The notes under the pieces were generated by a model. It was given only the letters and a program-made list of their open reading frames with translations, made no database searches and had not been told where the DNA came from. The translations under genes and the position numbers were made by a program. Below are positions 51,072 to 62,700 of a DNA stretch of 64,000 nt, in pieces; positions within the stretch are counted from its first letter, which is position 1, and every line of letters begins with the position of its first letter. The stretch is from Geosiphon pyriformis uo1 (taxonomy: Eukaryota; Fungi; Glomeromycota), in NCBI GenBank assembly GCA_016748015.1, contig JAAOMT010000502.1:682001-746000 (forward strand), written 5' to 3'.

Positions 51072-52287
51072 ATGATAATAGACTTGGACAACTACTCTGT
51101 TTTAATAAAATTTTTGGGTAAAGAACAATACTCATTAAAATACACTTAACAGCAAAGAAAACATTTATGCAAATAATCAAATTTCTATTTGATCTGTCAG
51201 AACCAATTATATAAAAGAAATAGAAAAGATTTTAACTGCTCCCATAAAGTCATTAGATTTAAAAAAAAAGAAATTGTGATCTACAACATATACACTGATC
51301 TATTAGCTAGACACTTTGGAAAAACAAAAACAATTCAAAAAACTTTAGCTCACTATTATTGGCCTATCTTAAAAAAAGATATTGCTAAGTACATGAAAAT
51401 CTGCAACATCTGTCAAAGAAAAAGAAAACCCAACCAGAAAAAAGATATCCATCCAATCTTTGTTGGTCAACCATTTGACAGAATTGGTATAGATGTTGTT
51501 AGACTCTTAACAATAACTCTTAATAGCAATAGATACATTATTACAGCTACTGACTATTTTACAAAGTGGGTAAAAGCAAGAGCTACTTCAGATTAAACAG
51601 CAGTCTCAATAGCCAACTTTATTTATGAAAATATTATCTGTTGTCATGGCTGTCCTAAAGAACTTTTATCTGATAGAAGAAGAGCTTTTCTCAATACACT
51701 GGTTGAATAACTTTGCAGAAAAATAGGAATACATCATAAACTTTCTTTTTCTTATCATCTCTAAACAAATAGCTTAGTGGAATATTTCAATAGAATACTA
51801 TATAAAATCTTAGCCAAAACCAGTGAAAAAACAAACTTATAAAACAAAGTACTGCCTTCAGTTTTGTTTGTTTATAGAACTGTGAATCATGACATAACAA
51901 ATTATGAACCTTTTTATCTGCTCTATGAACACATGACAATACTACTAATAGAAACTAACATTAAAACAATATCTTTTAAAAAAATCACATAGAAAATTAT
52001 AAAGACATTTTGCAAAAAAGACTTGGTACTATTCTTGACTTTTTGGTAGAAGCACAAATAATTGTTTTTGAAAAGATAAAACAGTTCCAAGAAAAGCTTA
52101 AGAAAAAAAAATTTATAAAATATTTTTTTTAAGTATTAGTGACTTAATATTAGAATACCATTCAAACAGAGACAATGTTTATGGTAATAAATTCTTTAGC
52201 TAGTAAAAAGAATCCTTTTTAGTCAACAAAGTTATAAACAATGGTTTTTATATTTTTCAAAATCAATCTGGAATAATCTTCAATGAT
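51072..52287 (+). pseudogene. Element D' integrase, truncated by an insertion
   Basis: HFGKTKT...CNICQ, QPFDRIGIDVV, TDYFTKWV, LSDRR motifs. Confidence 0.85.
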
Positions 52288-52560
52288 AAATACAAGAAAA
52301 ACTCTTTCTCTTCTTAATTTTATGACCATGACTAGTGCTAAGAGTAAAAAAGTTGCAAACATTACTTTTCCTATAGTAATTAATAAAGTTTCAACACGAA
52401 AGAGTCTCTCAGTTATTAAAGCAGCTAGGCAAAATGTTCTGGCTATATTTTTTTTAATAAATAGTAGTGAAAAGCTGCTTTTAATGACTTCTGATTCATT
52501 TTTTAACCTTTGGCTGGTAGTTCTTCTCCAGTCAAAGTTCTTTCCAAAAGACACATTCAG
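52288..52560 (+). mobile_element. Probable 5' end of a further LINE (5' UTR and ORF1 start MTMTSAKSKK), cut by element E
   Basis: Homology to D ends abruptly at 52287. The leader AAAAACTCTTTCTCTTCTT resembles the LINE 5' UTR at 43792-43812, and the strand is T-rich. No diagnostic domain visible. Confidence 0.5.
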
Positions 52561-53404
52561 TATTATAGATGATTATTTGGGGTCTCAAAGCAAATAACAA
52601 ATCTGTAACTTGGTGCTCAATTGATATAATGATGTTAATTTCAGAAGGTGTTTATGGATCTGAAAATTTTTGTTGAGTCTTTTGTATAATAAACAGAGAT
52701 TCAATTGTTGTCTTCCCAGTAGTCTCATAGAATTGCAATTCCATTGAATTTCTTTTTTAGTGTGGTGGCTGGTAATCTTGGCAAAAATGCCCTTCTGGTA
52801 AACTATCCTTAAATTCTCAATTCTTATACTTTTCCTTTGGGGTCTTTTACCAGACTATCCTTGACATTAATAACTTAGTGCTTAATTTTTAATTAATTAG
52901 TAAAACAAAGAAATAACAAAAATAAAAAAAAATAAGCCAAGACAATGAATGTTAGTATTCCATCAATAGCTGTAATCAAGAGCTATTGTTTCAGTCTAGT
53001 TTAAATATCAATTGTTATCAACATGAAGTGTTAATAGTAGAGAGTAGATTTGAGATATTGAATAATTATTTATTGCTATTTGTAATGTGGAAAGTTGCTT
53101 AAATTGAATCTAAACTGAAAGGTCTGTCTTTTTTATTTCTAATGCTACTGCTATATATACATAATTGAAATTTCTCAATTCTTCAATTTTTTACACCAGG
53201 AATCCTAAAATTCTTGGAATCCTGCAATTCCTTTGAGAGGAATCCTAAAATTCTGGAATCCTGCAATTCCTTATATGAAAATCTTGAAATTTCTGGAATT
53301 TTGCAATTCCTTTGAGAGGAATCCTGGAATTCCATATTTTATTATAATTATTTCTGATTGGCTAATTTATATATTAATTTACTTCCTATATTCTATGAGT
53401 AACA
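52561..53404 (-). repeat. Element E 3' LTR
   Basis: Reverse complement starts TGTTACTCATAG, collinear with 58822-59684. Confidence 0.9.
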
Positions 53405-53418
53405 TTATTTTCTTCTTT

Positions 53419-54047
53419 TTAATATTGAGTTCCATTGAGATCTCTTACTTCTAATTCTCCATCTTTGAGTATTTTTTGAACTTTTTTTTCAAGAATTACT
53501 TGTGCTATCTTGTTCTGTAAGTCTTCAAATTGCACATTTGTTATTTTTCTCATTTGGTTAATGGTAATGAAATTTATTTCTAGATTGAGTAAGATTTTTG
53601 GTCGATCTTGAAATCCAGTATGTAGCCTATAAATGGCTCTTGTTTGTGTGGTCAAATTGTTTTTCTCCACAAATTGTTCCAGTTGTTGTAGTATTGTTGT
53701 ATCAAATAATCGTTTTGTTTTATCCATATACAAGCCCTAAATATTCAAGTATTGTCCCAAATAAAAGTAACAAAAGTTTCTTGAAAATTGTTGTATCCAC
53801 CAATTCCAAGTTTCTATAGTTAACTCTTAATATTGGGTGACTTTTGGTTGCATTTCTATTGCCAATTTTATTTTTGTGATTATTTGTCAACAGTGTTTTC
53901 TGTTTTTCTCTGTATTTTATCTTGTTTTTCTTTTCTGGTGTTTGTGTATCTAATAGTTTGTTAGTTGATTGTAATTTCTATTTTCTGTTGTTGGATTAGT
54001 TGAAAAAGTTGTTGTGCTAGTAAGTAAATACTATCAGTAATTTTTAT
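53419..54047 (-). pseudogene. Element E accessory ORF3
   Basis: (M)KITDSIYLLAQQLFQLI...CYFYLGQYL...RAIYRLHTGF...INQMRKITNVQFEDL aligns along its length to ORF3 of A. Start decayed to ATA; one frameshift. Confidence 0.75.
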
Positions 54048-54106
54048 TTTCTGCTGTTTTTTGTTACATATAACATGTCTTTATATATTCTTTGGTTGTT
54101 CAATTT

Positions 54107-55483
54107 TTACGTGTTTGGTTCAATGATTATAATTGGTTCTAGATCTCATGGAATCTTCTCTGGTTTGACTAGTATTCTCTGTACTCCTAATTGTGGAATA
54201 TTACTGATAGATAATGAAGCTATATAGTGATATTGTTTTAGTCAATCACCATGTGCTGTTTTGGTTAAGATTTTGTTGTTCAACCTTAATTTATAAGCTC
54301 TATTTCCTAGAATTTCTTCTATGTAAAATAGTCCGTTTCATTTGAAGTCAAATTTTCCACTCCATTGTTTTTTCATTTTAGTACAATATAAAAGTACTTT
54401 GTCTCCAATCTTGAATTCAACTGGTTTCTTTAGTAGTTGGTTATTGTGTCTTTTTTTTTGTTTTTCTTGTGATTTTTGGATGTTGTCAGCTGCTCTTTGC
54501 CATGTGTTTTTTAATGTCTCTATTAAGTCATATGTTTTTTTCAACAATGTTCTTTGAAAATTTTTCTCTGTTATTGGTTTTGTTAGATATGTTTTGACTT
54601 CTATCTCAACTGGTAATGTTGCTGTTCTACTGTATACTAATTCGAATAGTATTACTTATGTAGTGTCTTGCTTCATTGTCCAATAAGCAAACAATACTGA
54701 TAGTATAATTAAATCCCATTCATTCTGGTTTTTTTGGCTGATTTTGGCAATGGCTTCACACAATATTCTGTTAAACTTTTTGACTAATCCATTTGTTTGT
54801 GGATGGTATGGTGATAATAATGGTCTTTTTATTCCAAATCTTTGACTTAATTCTGCCAATGTTCTATTTACAAAGTGAGTTCCTTGATCTAATAGTAGTT
54901 TTTTTATACATCTGTGTTGACAGATCAAATCTTGATGAATGAATTTGGTGATGAATTCTGCATCTGCTCTTTAAATGGCTTTTGCTTCTGGTCATTTTGT
55001 GAGATAATCTATGGCTATTGCAATATATTTGTTGTCTTTGCTAGTGATTGTTAATAATCTGATTAAGTCAATTCTGATATGATCAAATGATTGTCCTATT
55101 TTGATTGGTTTTAATGGTTTACTGGGTTTTGTTTCATCTCTTCTTTGACAAGCATAACAATTTTAAACATATTAGATGATGTCTGGATACATTGATGGCC
55201 AATAGTATCTTTTTCTGGTTCTTTCCATTGTTGCTTCTTTATGAAAATGTTCTGCTGTTGGATCTAAGTACATGTTGAACAATATTGTCTCTTTTTCTGA
55301 TTCTGTAATTACTCTGGTTGGTTGATCTGAATTCTTTTTGTTTTTTTGGTAAAGTATATTTTGGTAATTGATAAAATATTTTAATTGTTGTTTTATGTTG
55401 TTTTGTTCTTTTTGAGATAATTTCTTCTTGAACAATTGGGTATTTATATAATGTTGAAGTTGTTGATATTTTTGTATATTCAT
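54107..55483 (-). pseudogene. Element E integrase (own ATG, MNIQKYQQL...)
   Basis: RYYWPSMY, LLDQGTHF, SPYHPQTNGLV, KQWSGKF motifs. Confidence 0.9.
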
Positions 55484-55513
55484 GTTTTATTATATTTTTG
55501 GGTTGAAATGTTT

Positions 55514-58500
55514 TTAGATTTGTCTCATTTGTAATAATCCATCAGTATTTCCATTGTCTTTTCCCTTTTTATAATGTACTGTAAATGTATATGGTGATAG
55601 TACTATTTTCTATTTTGCATAGTGATCATCTCTAAATTCTTGATTTTAGATTAAAGTCAATCTTTTGTGATCTGTGTATATGTCAAATTTCTGGCTTAGG
55701 TATTCTTTTTATTTCATGACTGCCTAATAGATTTCTAAGTGTTTCAATACTGGTGTTCTATAGTTTTTTTCTGCTTTGGCTGATATATGCTACTGGATAT
55801 TCTCTTTTATCTAGTTTTCTCTGTGATAGTACTGCTCCTAATGCTTAATTTAATGCATCTGTAATGATAATAAATGGTTTACTGTAATCTGAATAGATCA
55901 GTACTGGAGCTTGAATAAGTTTTCTTCTTAGTGTGTCAAACACTTCTTGTTGAGCTTCTATCCATTTGTACTTCACATTTTTGGTTTATAAATGATGAAG
56001 TGGCTGAGCCAGTTTAAAAAAGTCTTTAATAAAATGACAATAATAGCCTGCAAATCCCAAAAATACTCTTAGTTCTGTTAAATTAATTAGTACTGGAAAG
56101 TTTTTTACTATTGCAATCTTATCCAGATTTGTTTTAATGCCATCTTTGCTCACCACATGTCCCAAGAACTTGAGTTCTGTTTTGCCAAAAAAGCATTTGT
56201 TTGCATTTAATTTCAATTTTGCTCATCTGACTCTTTCAAATACTTGTTGAAGATGATGTAAATGATCATCAAATATTTTGGAGAACACATTGGTGTCATC
56301 CAAGTATATAACTATTGATTTCCATAGTAGTCTGGTATAGACAATTTCTATCAGTCTTTGAAATGTGGCTGGAGCATTCATCAAGCCAAATGGCATGACT
56401 TTAAATTCAAAATTTCTTTCTTGAGTTGTGAATGCTGTTTTCTTCTTGTCTTTTGGTTTCATGGCTACTTGCCAGTAATCACTGTCTAAATCTAGAATTA
56501 AGAACCATTTCTTTTTTCTAAAAGTGTCAAACAATTCTTGGATCTTTGGAGTTGGGTAACTATTTCTTTTTGTTACTCTATTTAATTTCCAGTAATTCAC
56601 ACAAAAGCAAAATTTTCTATTTTTCTTATGGACTAGTACCACTGGTGATAACCATGGTTTCATTAATGGCTGAATTAGCCCATTGTCAAGCATTTAATTG
56701 ATTTCTTGACAAATAATCTCATGGCTGGCTGGTGGTACTCTGTATACTCTTTGTTTGATTGGCATTGCATCTCCAGTCTTGATTTGATGTTGGATGATAT
56801 TAGTTCTGCCAAATTTATTTTTGCTGGCAAAGATATCATTAAAGTTGTTGAGTAATATCTTGAGTTGTATTTGTTGAAATGAGTCCAAGTTTTCCAAGTT
56901 CATTTGTTCTAACTGTTCTGGCTGGAACAAATAACATTTTTCTCATCTGTATATTGTTTATGATGTAATATTCACATATCTACAAAGTTGTGGAAAGTCT
57001 GAAATGGTATTTGGCAGTTAATCTTCAATTTTGGTGGTTAAGTATCCAATGGTGGTTTCTTCTGGTATCTTGATAATGTTTCCTATATTGTTGTAAATGA
57101 GAATTTTGATGTAACTGTGGTTCTTGGCTGGTATGTGTAGATTGACTAATCCAATTTTTTCTGATTCACAAAGTATTGTTTCTGTCTCAAAAATCTGAAC
57201 TTGATCTTTTATTTTTTTCTCTATAACTATTATATACTGGTTATATGGTAAAATGGAGATTGATTGATGGGTGAAAATAATTTCTCTCTTGTCAATAACC
57301 TTTTTTTCTGTCATATTGACTGGTACATCTATTCTACCTATTGATCCAAATTCTTGTATTCTTTTAGCCATAATCCCTAATTCTTCTTTGTTTCTCATTG
57401 ACACTAACTGGGCTATTTTCACCAAAAATAGAAATATTGCCTGTGCTATCTTTTTGTTTGGCTCTATAATATAAGTCTTTTCAGAGTTATTCTGTAGCAT
57501 TGCAATGATGTTTTCTATATATTCTATATCAATTATTCTTCTTCTGATGTTAATTCTCTTTTTCACTAAACTGCTTCTAGATGCTAATTGAACTATTGTT
57601 GTTGCTGGAATTTCCATTGCTATTTTCAAATTAATACAAGTGCATGAATGTGGTTTCAATTTGATAACATATTGTTTCGAATATCTCAGATCAAACTCTG
57701 CATCAGTATTATGCATGTGTTCTGTCATAATATTTTTGTTATTATTACTGAACCATTTTAGTTCTTGCTCCTTGAAGAGATCAGAAAGTACAATGTATTG
57801 TTCAGAGTTTGAATCAGAGTCTGAATTGCTATTATTTTTCTTGCCATGTTGAGCAGAGCTGGAATCATTATTTTCATTATCGTTATTGTCAGAGTTGGAA
57901 TCAGGATTGAAAGTTGATTCCGATTTTAATATGCAACTGTTAATTGATTCTTCTTCTTCTAAGATTGTGTAGATCATATATAGTGGTAGATTGTAAATAA
58001 GGTCACACTCATTACAATATTGAAAGTTACATGAGATTAGACAATGGTCACACAGTCTTGTGTTTATTTCTTCCAAACATTGCTCTTGCTCTTTTCTGGT
58101 TGGTGCCAAGTTCTAATAGTGCTCATAAAACTTTTTTAGGCTTGTTTTCATGTCAAAAAAAGCATCTGGGTTTGGGATGAGGACAATGTCAACTGGTTCT
58201 GAGGGGTTATTTTTGATTTCTAATATTTTACTGGGCATGGTTTCTTCAACTTTGGCATTTGCCATCCACCAAATCTCATTCTTGTCATGTGAGTAACCAT
58301 CCAGACAAGTTATTGCTTGGTGCCAAGCTGTAGTAATGAGAGTGCCACAACTGACCCAATTGCTTATAAAGATCATATACTGGCATAAAGCATCACATGT
58401 TTCCTCTTGACCAGAAATGTCATTCCACATTCCTTTGTCAAGCAACTTTTCTTCACAAGTAAGACATGGTTTGTTGTTCTACTTGCCTTGTTATTTTGAA

Positions 58501-58821
58501 TAGCCATACTATTTTCAGTGGCATGGTTTACAGTAATAGTGGATTCGCATCCAATAATCTTTGTCTAGTGCAATCCAAACTCTTATGAAGAACAATTTCT
58601 TCTTGCAGTCTTTACACCTAAGTGGAATATAAGGTGGTTCTGGTCTAATATCAGTGGAGTATGAACTTTTTCAACTGCTAATTTCTGTGTTGTCTATGTT
58701 CTCTTTAGGTATGTCTTCTTTTTTTTCTTTCTTTTTTTCTTTGTCTTTTTCTTCTCAGTCTAGAATCAGTAGTAACTTGTTGTAGTTATTATTAGTCCAG
58801 AAGATTTGGTATGCTTCCCAG
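55514..58821 (-). pseudogene. Element E pol part: Cys-rich domain, dUTPase (about 57336-57760), RT, RNase H
   Basis: DAEFDLRY, ASRSSLV, KIAQAIF, RIQEFGSIG; MPFGLMNAPATFQ, YLDD; ends QMRQI-stop. Confidence 0.92.
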
Positions 58822-58890
58822 TATTACTCATAAAATATAGGAAGTATATTAGCATATAAATTAGCCAATCAGAAGTAGCTGTAGTAAATG

Positions 58891-59060
58891 TAGAATTCCA
58901 GAATTCCTCTCAAGAGGAATTGCAGGATTCCAGGAATTTCAGGATTCCTCTCAAGAGGAATTGCAGGATTTCAGGAATTTCAGAATTTTCATACAAGGAA
59001 TTGCAGAATTCCAGAAATTCCAGGATTCCTAATGTGAAGAATTGAGGAATTGAGGAATTT
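58891..59060 (+). repeat. 41-bp higher-order tandem array of 9-10-bp CAGGAATT-like units in U3 of the E/F LTR
   Basis: CAAGAGGAATTGCAGGATTCCAGGAATTTCAGGATTCCTCT repeated about 3 times upstream of TATATATA. Also at 2629-2795, 14040-14135 and 53166-53335. Confidence 0.85.
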
Positions 59061-59747
59061 TAATTATATATATATAGCAATAGTGTTAAAAATAGAAAAG
59101 ACAAACCTTTCTGTTAAGATTTAATCTAAACAATCGTCTACATTACAAATATAAATAAATAATTATTTACTATCTCTAATTTCATTCTTTATTATTAACA
59201 CTTTATGTTAATAACAATTGATACTTAACCACACTGAAACAATAGCTCTTGATTATAGCTATTAACAGAATATTAACTTGCATACTGCCTTGGCTTATTT
59301 CTTTATTTTTTTTTGTTTTCTTTCTTTTCTTTATTTTTTTTCTTTGATTTTATTGTTGTGTACTAATTAATTAAAGAGAATAACACGTGGAGTTACTGAT
59401 GTCAAAGTGACTGGTAAAAGACTCAGGAATAAGGGTAGAACACTCAATTGAAAATAGCTTACCAGGGGGAATACCAGCCATCACACTGAGAAAAAAATTG
59501 ATGAAACTGCAGTTTCAGGAAGCTATAAATAAACACTATTGAATCTCTGTTCATTATACAAAGAACTCAACTAAAACCTTCAGATACAAACAACCTTCAG
59601 ATAAAATTACCAACCAGAACATTAATCAAGCACCAAGTTACGAGTTTGTTATTTGCTTTGAGACCCAAATAATTACTTATAACATTTGGTGCTTCCTGTG
59701 AAGTATAATCTTACAGAAAACCAGCACCAACAACAACCATCCAAACA

Positions 59748-62700
59748 GTGGCAGAATCCGAAGAAATAAGAACAAATCACTTGGAATTTGCAAAATTTTT
59801 ATTCCAATATTATCACACCTATCTCGGATTAACAAATAATAGTTGGCCAATAGAATTAGCTTTCAATTGCTATGTTAACAAAAGAATAGTATATCACTTG
59901 GAAGGCCAAGAAGATCCAGAATCTGCCTTCAACAACTTCTTTAGTAAATTGCTTCAAAGCACCACCTTTCCACAAAATCACTTATTTGCACCCCTAATTA
60001 CAGAAATAAACAGAGAAATTAAAAAATACACCAAACAGAGATTCTTTATCACATTTGCCAACAAAAGAAAAGAAAAGTTACAAACACTGGCAGGAACACC
60101 AAAGCAAATTCAACTATCCATTTGGAAGAAACAAAGATTTGATTCACCTGCTAATCCATCATATTACTACACACCCAGAAGCATTATCAATATAATAAGC
60201 ACAGCTACAACAAGTGCGACAATGCCACTAAACAGAATTCCATTCCAAAGTAAACAAAAGAAAGCAGAGTTATTAGAAACATATGGCAATTATTTTAAAA
60301 GATTTAAATCATAATCCCCAATGCCATTAGAAATTTAATCACTACTACCACAACCAGATTTTGGAACTGTTAGTCCTTAAGAAATAACCAACTCCAAGGA
60401 AAAGAAAAGTAGTGATCAGGAAATTAACAAACAAAACTCAATCTTAGAAAATTCAGAAATTAAAACTCCAGTTAATTAAACTTTGGAAAATCAGAACAAT
60501 CAAAACCCCAATGTACTTAATCAACAAAACTTACCTCCAATAATTGAGATCAATCTATTACCCATTTCACCAATTGATAACAGCCACAACTGCTACTCCA
60601 ACAACAAATCCAGCAGCAACCACTACAACAACCAATGGCCTATGCTCCAATTGCCAAAATAGAAAAATTTACCGGCAAAAAAGATGATGCCCAAGTATGA
60701 CTCAATGATGTGGAAAAAGCCATCACAGCCAATAGATAGAACAACAACAGAGCCCTTTAAGTAATTCTTTATTTTCTACAAGATACCACTGACTCATGGT
60801 ATCAGAGTTTAGCCACTAAACCTCAAATGTTTTAGGAATTTAAAATTGCATTCTTGAAATATTTCAGTAATAACAACAGTATTAATTACCTAGTCAATGC
60901 TTTTACTACAATCAAACAGGGAGAAACTGAAGCAATTACCACTTATTTGGGATGCTTCTACAGAAACTTGTGCCAAATTCAAGCAATTCAAGCTGACTAT
61001 TTTACAGCATCACAGATCCTAAATCAGTTCATCTGTGGACTGCACAGTAGTTTTCTTTAACGCATATATCCAATGCACCCACAAACTTTTCAAAACACAG
61101 TTACCAATGTAAGAGATTTTGAATTGGCAGAACTTAAAACAAACCATGCCCAAGCTGTTAATCTAGTCATAAATGAATCATCTGACTTGAATTCCAAATT
61201 AAAACAACTTAATGATTCAATTAATCAGAAATTAAAAGGATACTTAGCTGACAATCACACAATTTATCAACCACCACAATAATGCAATAACTCAGGAAAA
61301 ATGAATCATTTCCAAAATCAGTCACATCTATCATTATCTTCAAATCAGCCATAACAACAAGAAACACATATCTGTCATAACTGTGGTAAACAAAACCATA
61401 TTAGAGCCAACTGCTGATTTTATAATAATAACTCATGATCAGGAAATCAATATCAAAACTCCAATTGCCAGTTTCAAGCTCCAAATTATTAATTCAATCT
61501 AGCACCATATCAATCAGATTACCTACCTATGACACAACAGCCAATCTATCAATCACCAATTTATCAGTCCTCAGTACTTGTTGTTTATCAACCACAGTCC
61601 CAATCCATCTATTAGCTGCAGCCTTAGGTAATTTATCAGCCCCAACAAATTCAAACACTGCCACAGAACTTACCTCAAAATGGAATCCAAAGGCCAAGAT
61701 TGACACAACAAAGCTGGAGATTGTTAATGATAGTTCATTAACTAATCTCCAATTTTTTCACACAACTATCAGGATCTCAACAACAGAATTTGGGTACTGG
61801 GTACACCCAAAACCCGAATTTCCAGAACTATTTAAGTCTCTTGATTACCCCAGAAGATGCCACATCCAACAAATCAGAAGCCAACCAAAAACCACCCACC
61901 AACAATATCTTACCAGCAACTATTACAGAAGATAAATCACTTACCACTATCTTTTTTTTTGAATTCAAGAAACCAGTTGAAACGCCACTATTTAGTAAAG
62001 CTGCCCTAAAATCAAAACCCATTACTGTGATATATACAGATGCTAAAGTTGATAAACAGCACATAAAACTGATTCTAGACAGTAGATTAGCTGGTAGCAT
62101 TATTACAAAACAACTTATAGACCAACTAGGTTGCCAAGTTAATTGAGCTGCCAGCGCATGAATCATTACTGCTAATAGAGTGACCAAAACTCTGATCGGC
62201 AAGATTGATAATTTCTCTATAGAAGTTAACAGCATCATTGTACCAATCAAGATATTAGTCATGGAAACCATTCAATACCAAGCACTCATTGGCAATAATT
62301 GGCTGTCCAAGACCAATACAACACTTGATTAGAACATGCAGGAGCTTCAACTTAGCCAGAACAGTCAACACATACACGTACCCATCACGTGTGGCCATTT
62401 CAAGACCACTAACACACCAGCACTCATTGAGTTCGAAGAAAAAGAGAAAAAACCTACCTGGGAAGCCTATCAAGTATCATGGGCTAAAGAAGACCACAAT
62501 AAGCTACTGCCAATACTCCTCTGGGACAACAATGGAAAAGAAAAACAAAAGGAAAAACTTACTTAAAATGCCAACCAAATCTGGAAAACTAACAATGACC
62601 TGAATGAGTCTTTAACTTAGAAATGGGAAGAGACTGGCAAAGGAAAGGGAAAAAAAAAGGAAGAAGAAACAACTTCTACCAGCACCACTTATAATTACTA

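Larger units (their letters stand above)
29248..52287 (+). mobile_element. Ty3/Gypsy element D' (family D). Host of five or more later insertions; 3' end not in the window
   Basis: 5' LTR in three pieces (29248-29309, 37658-37889, 38862-39311), decayed PBS 39318-39334, internal region collinear with D up to the integrase C-terminus. Confidence 0.88.
52561..58821 (-). mobile_element. Ty3/Gypsy element E (3' two-thirds, dUTPase-bearing), interrupted by element F
   Basis: 3' LTR 52561-53404, PPT 53405-53420, then ORF3, IN, RH, RT, dUTPase and Cys-rich domain on the minus strand. Confidence 0.93.

Noticed and set aside
57018-58109. Longest ORF (363 aa) as an intact host dUTPase gene
   Set aside because: It is an internal piece of element E pol, and catalytic glycines are mutated (AEFDL, IDIEYIEN).
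58891-59060. Palindromic repeats resembling a CRISPR array
   Set aside because: No unique spacers and no cas genes, eukaryotic context, and the array sits inside an LTR.
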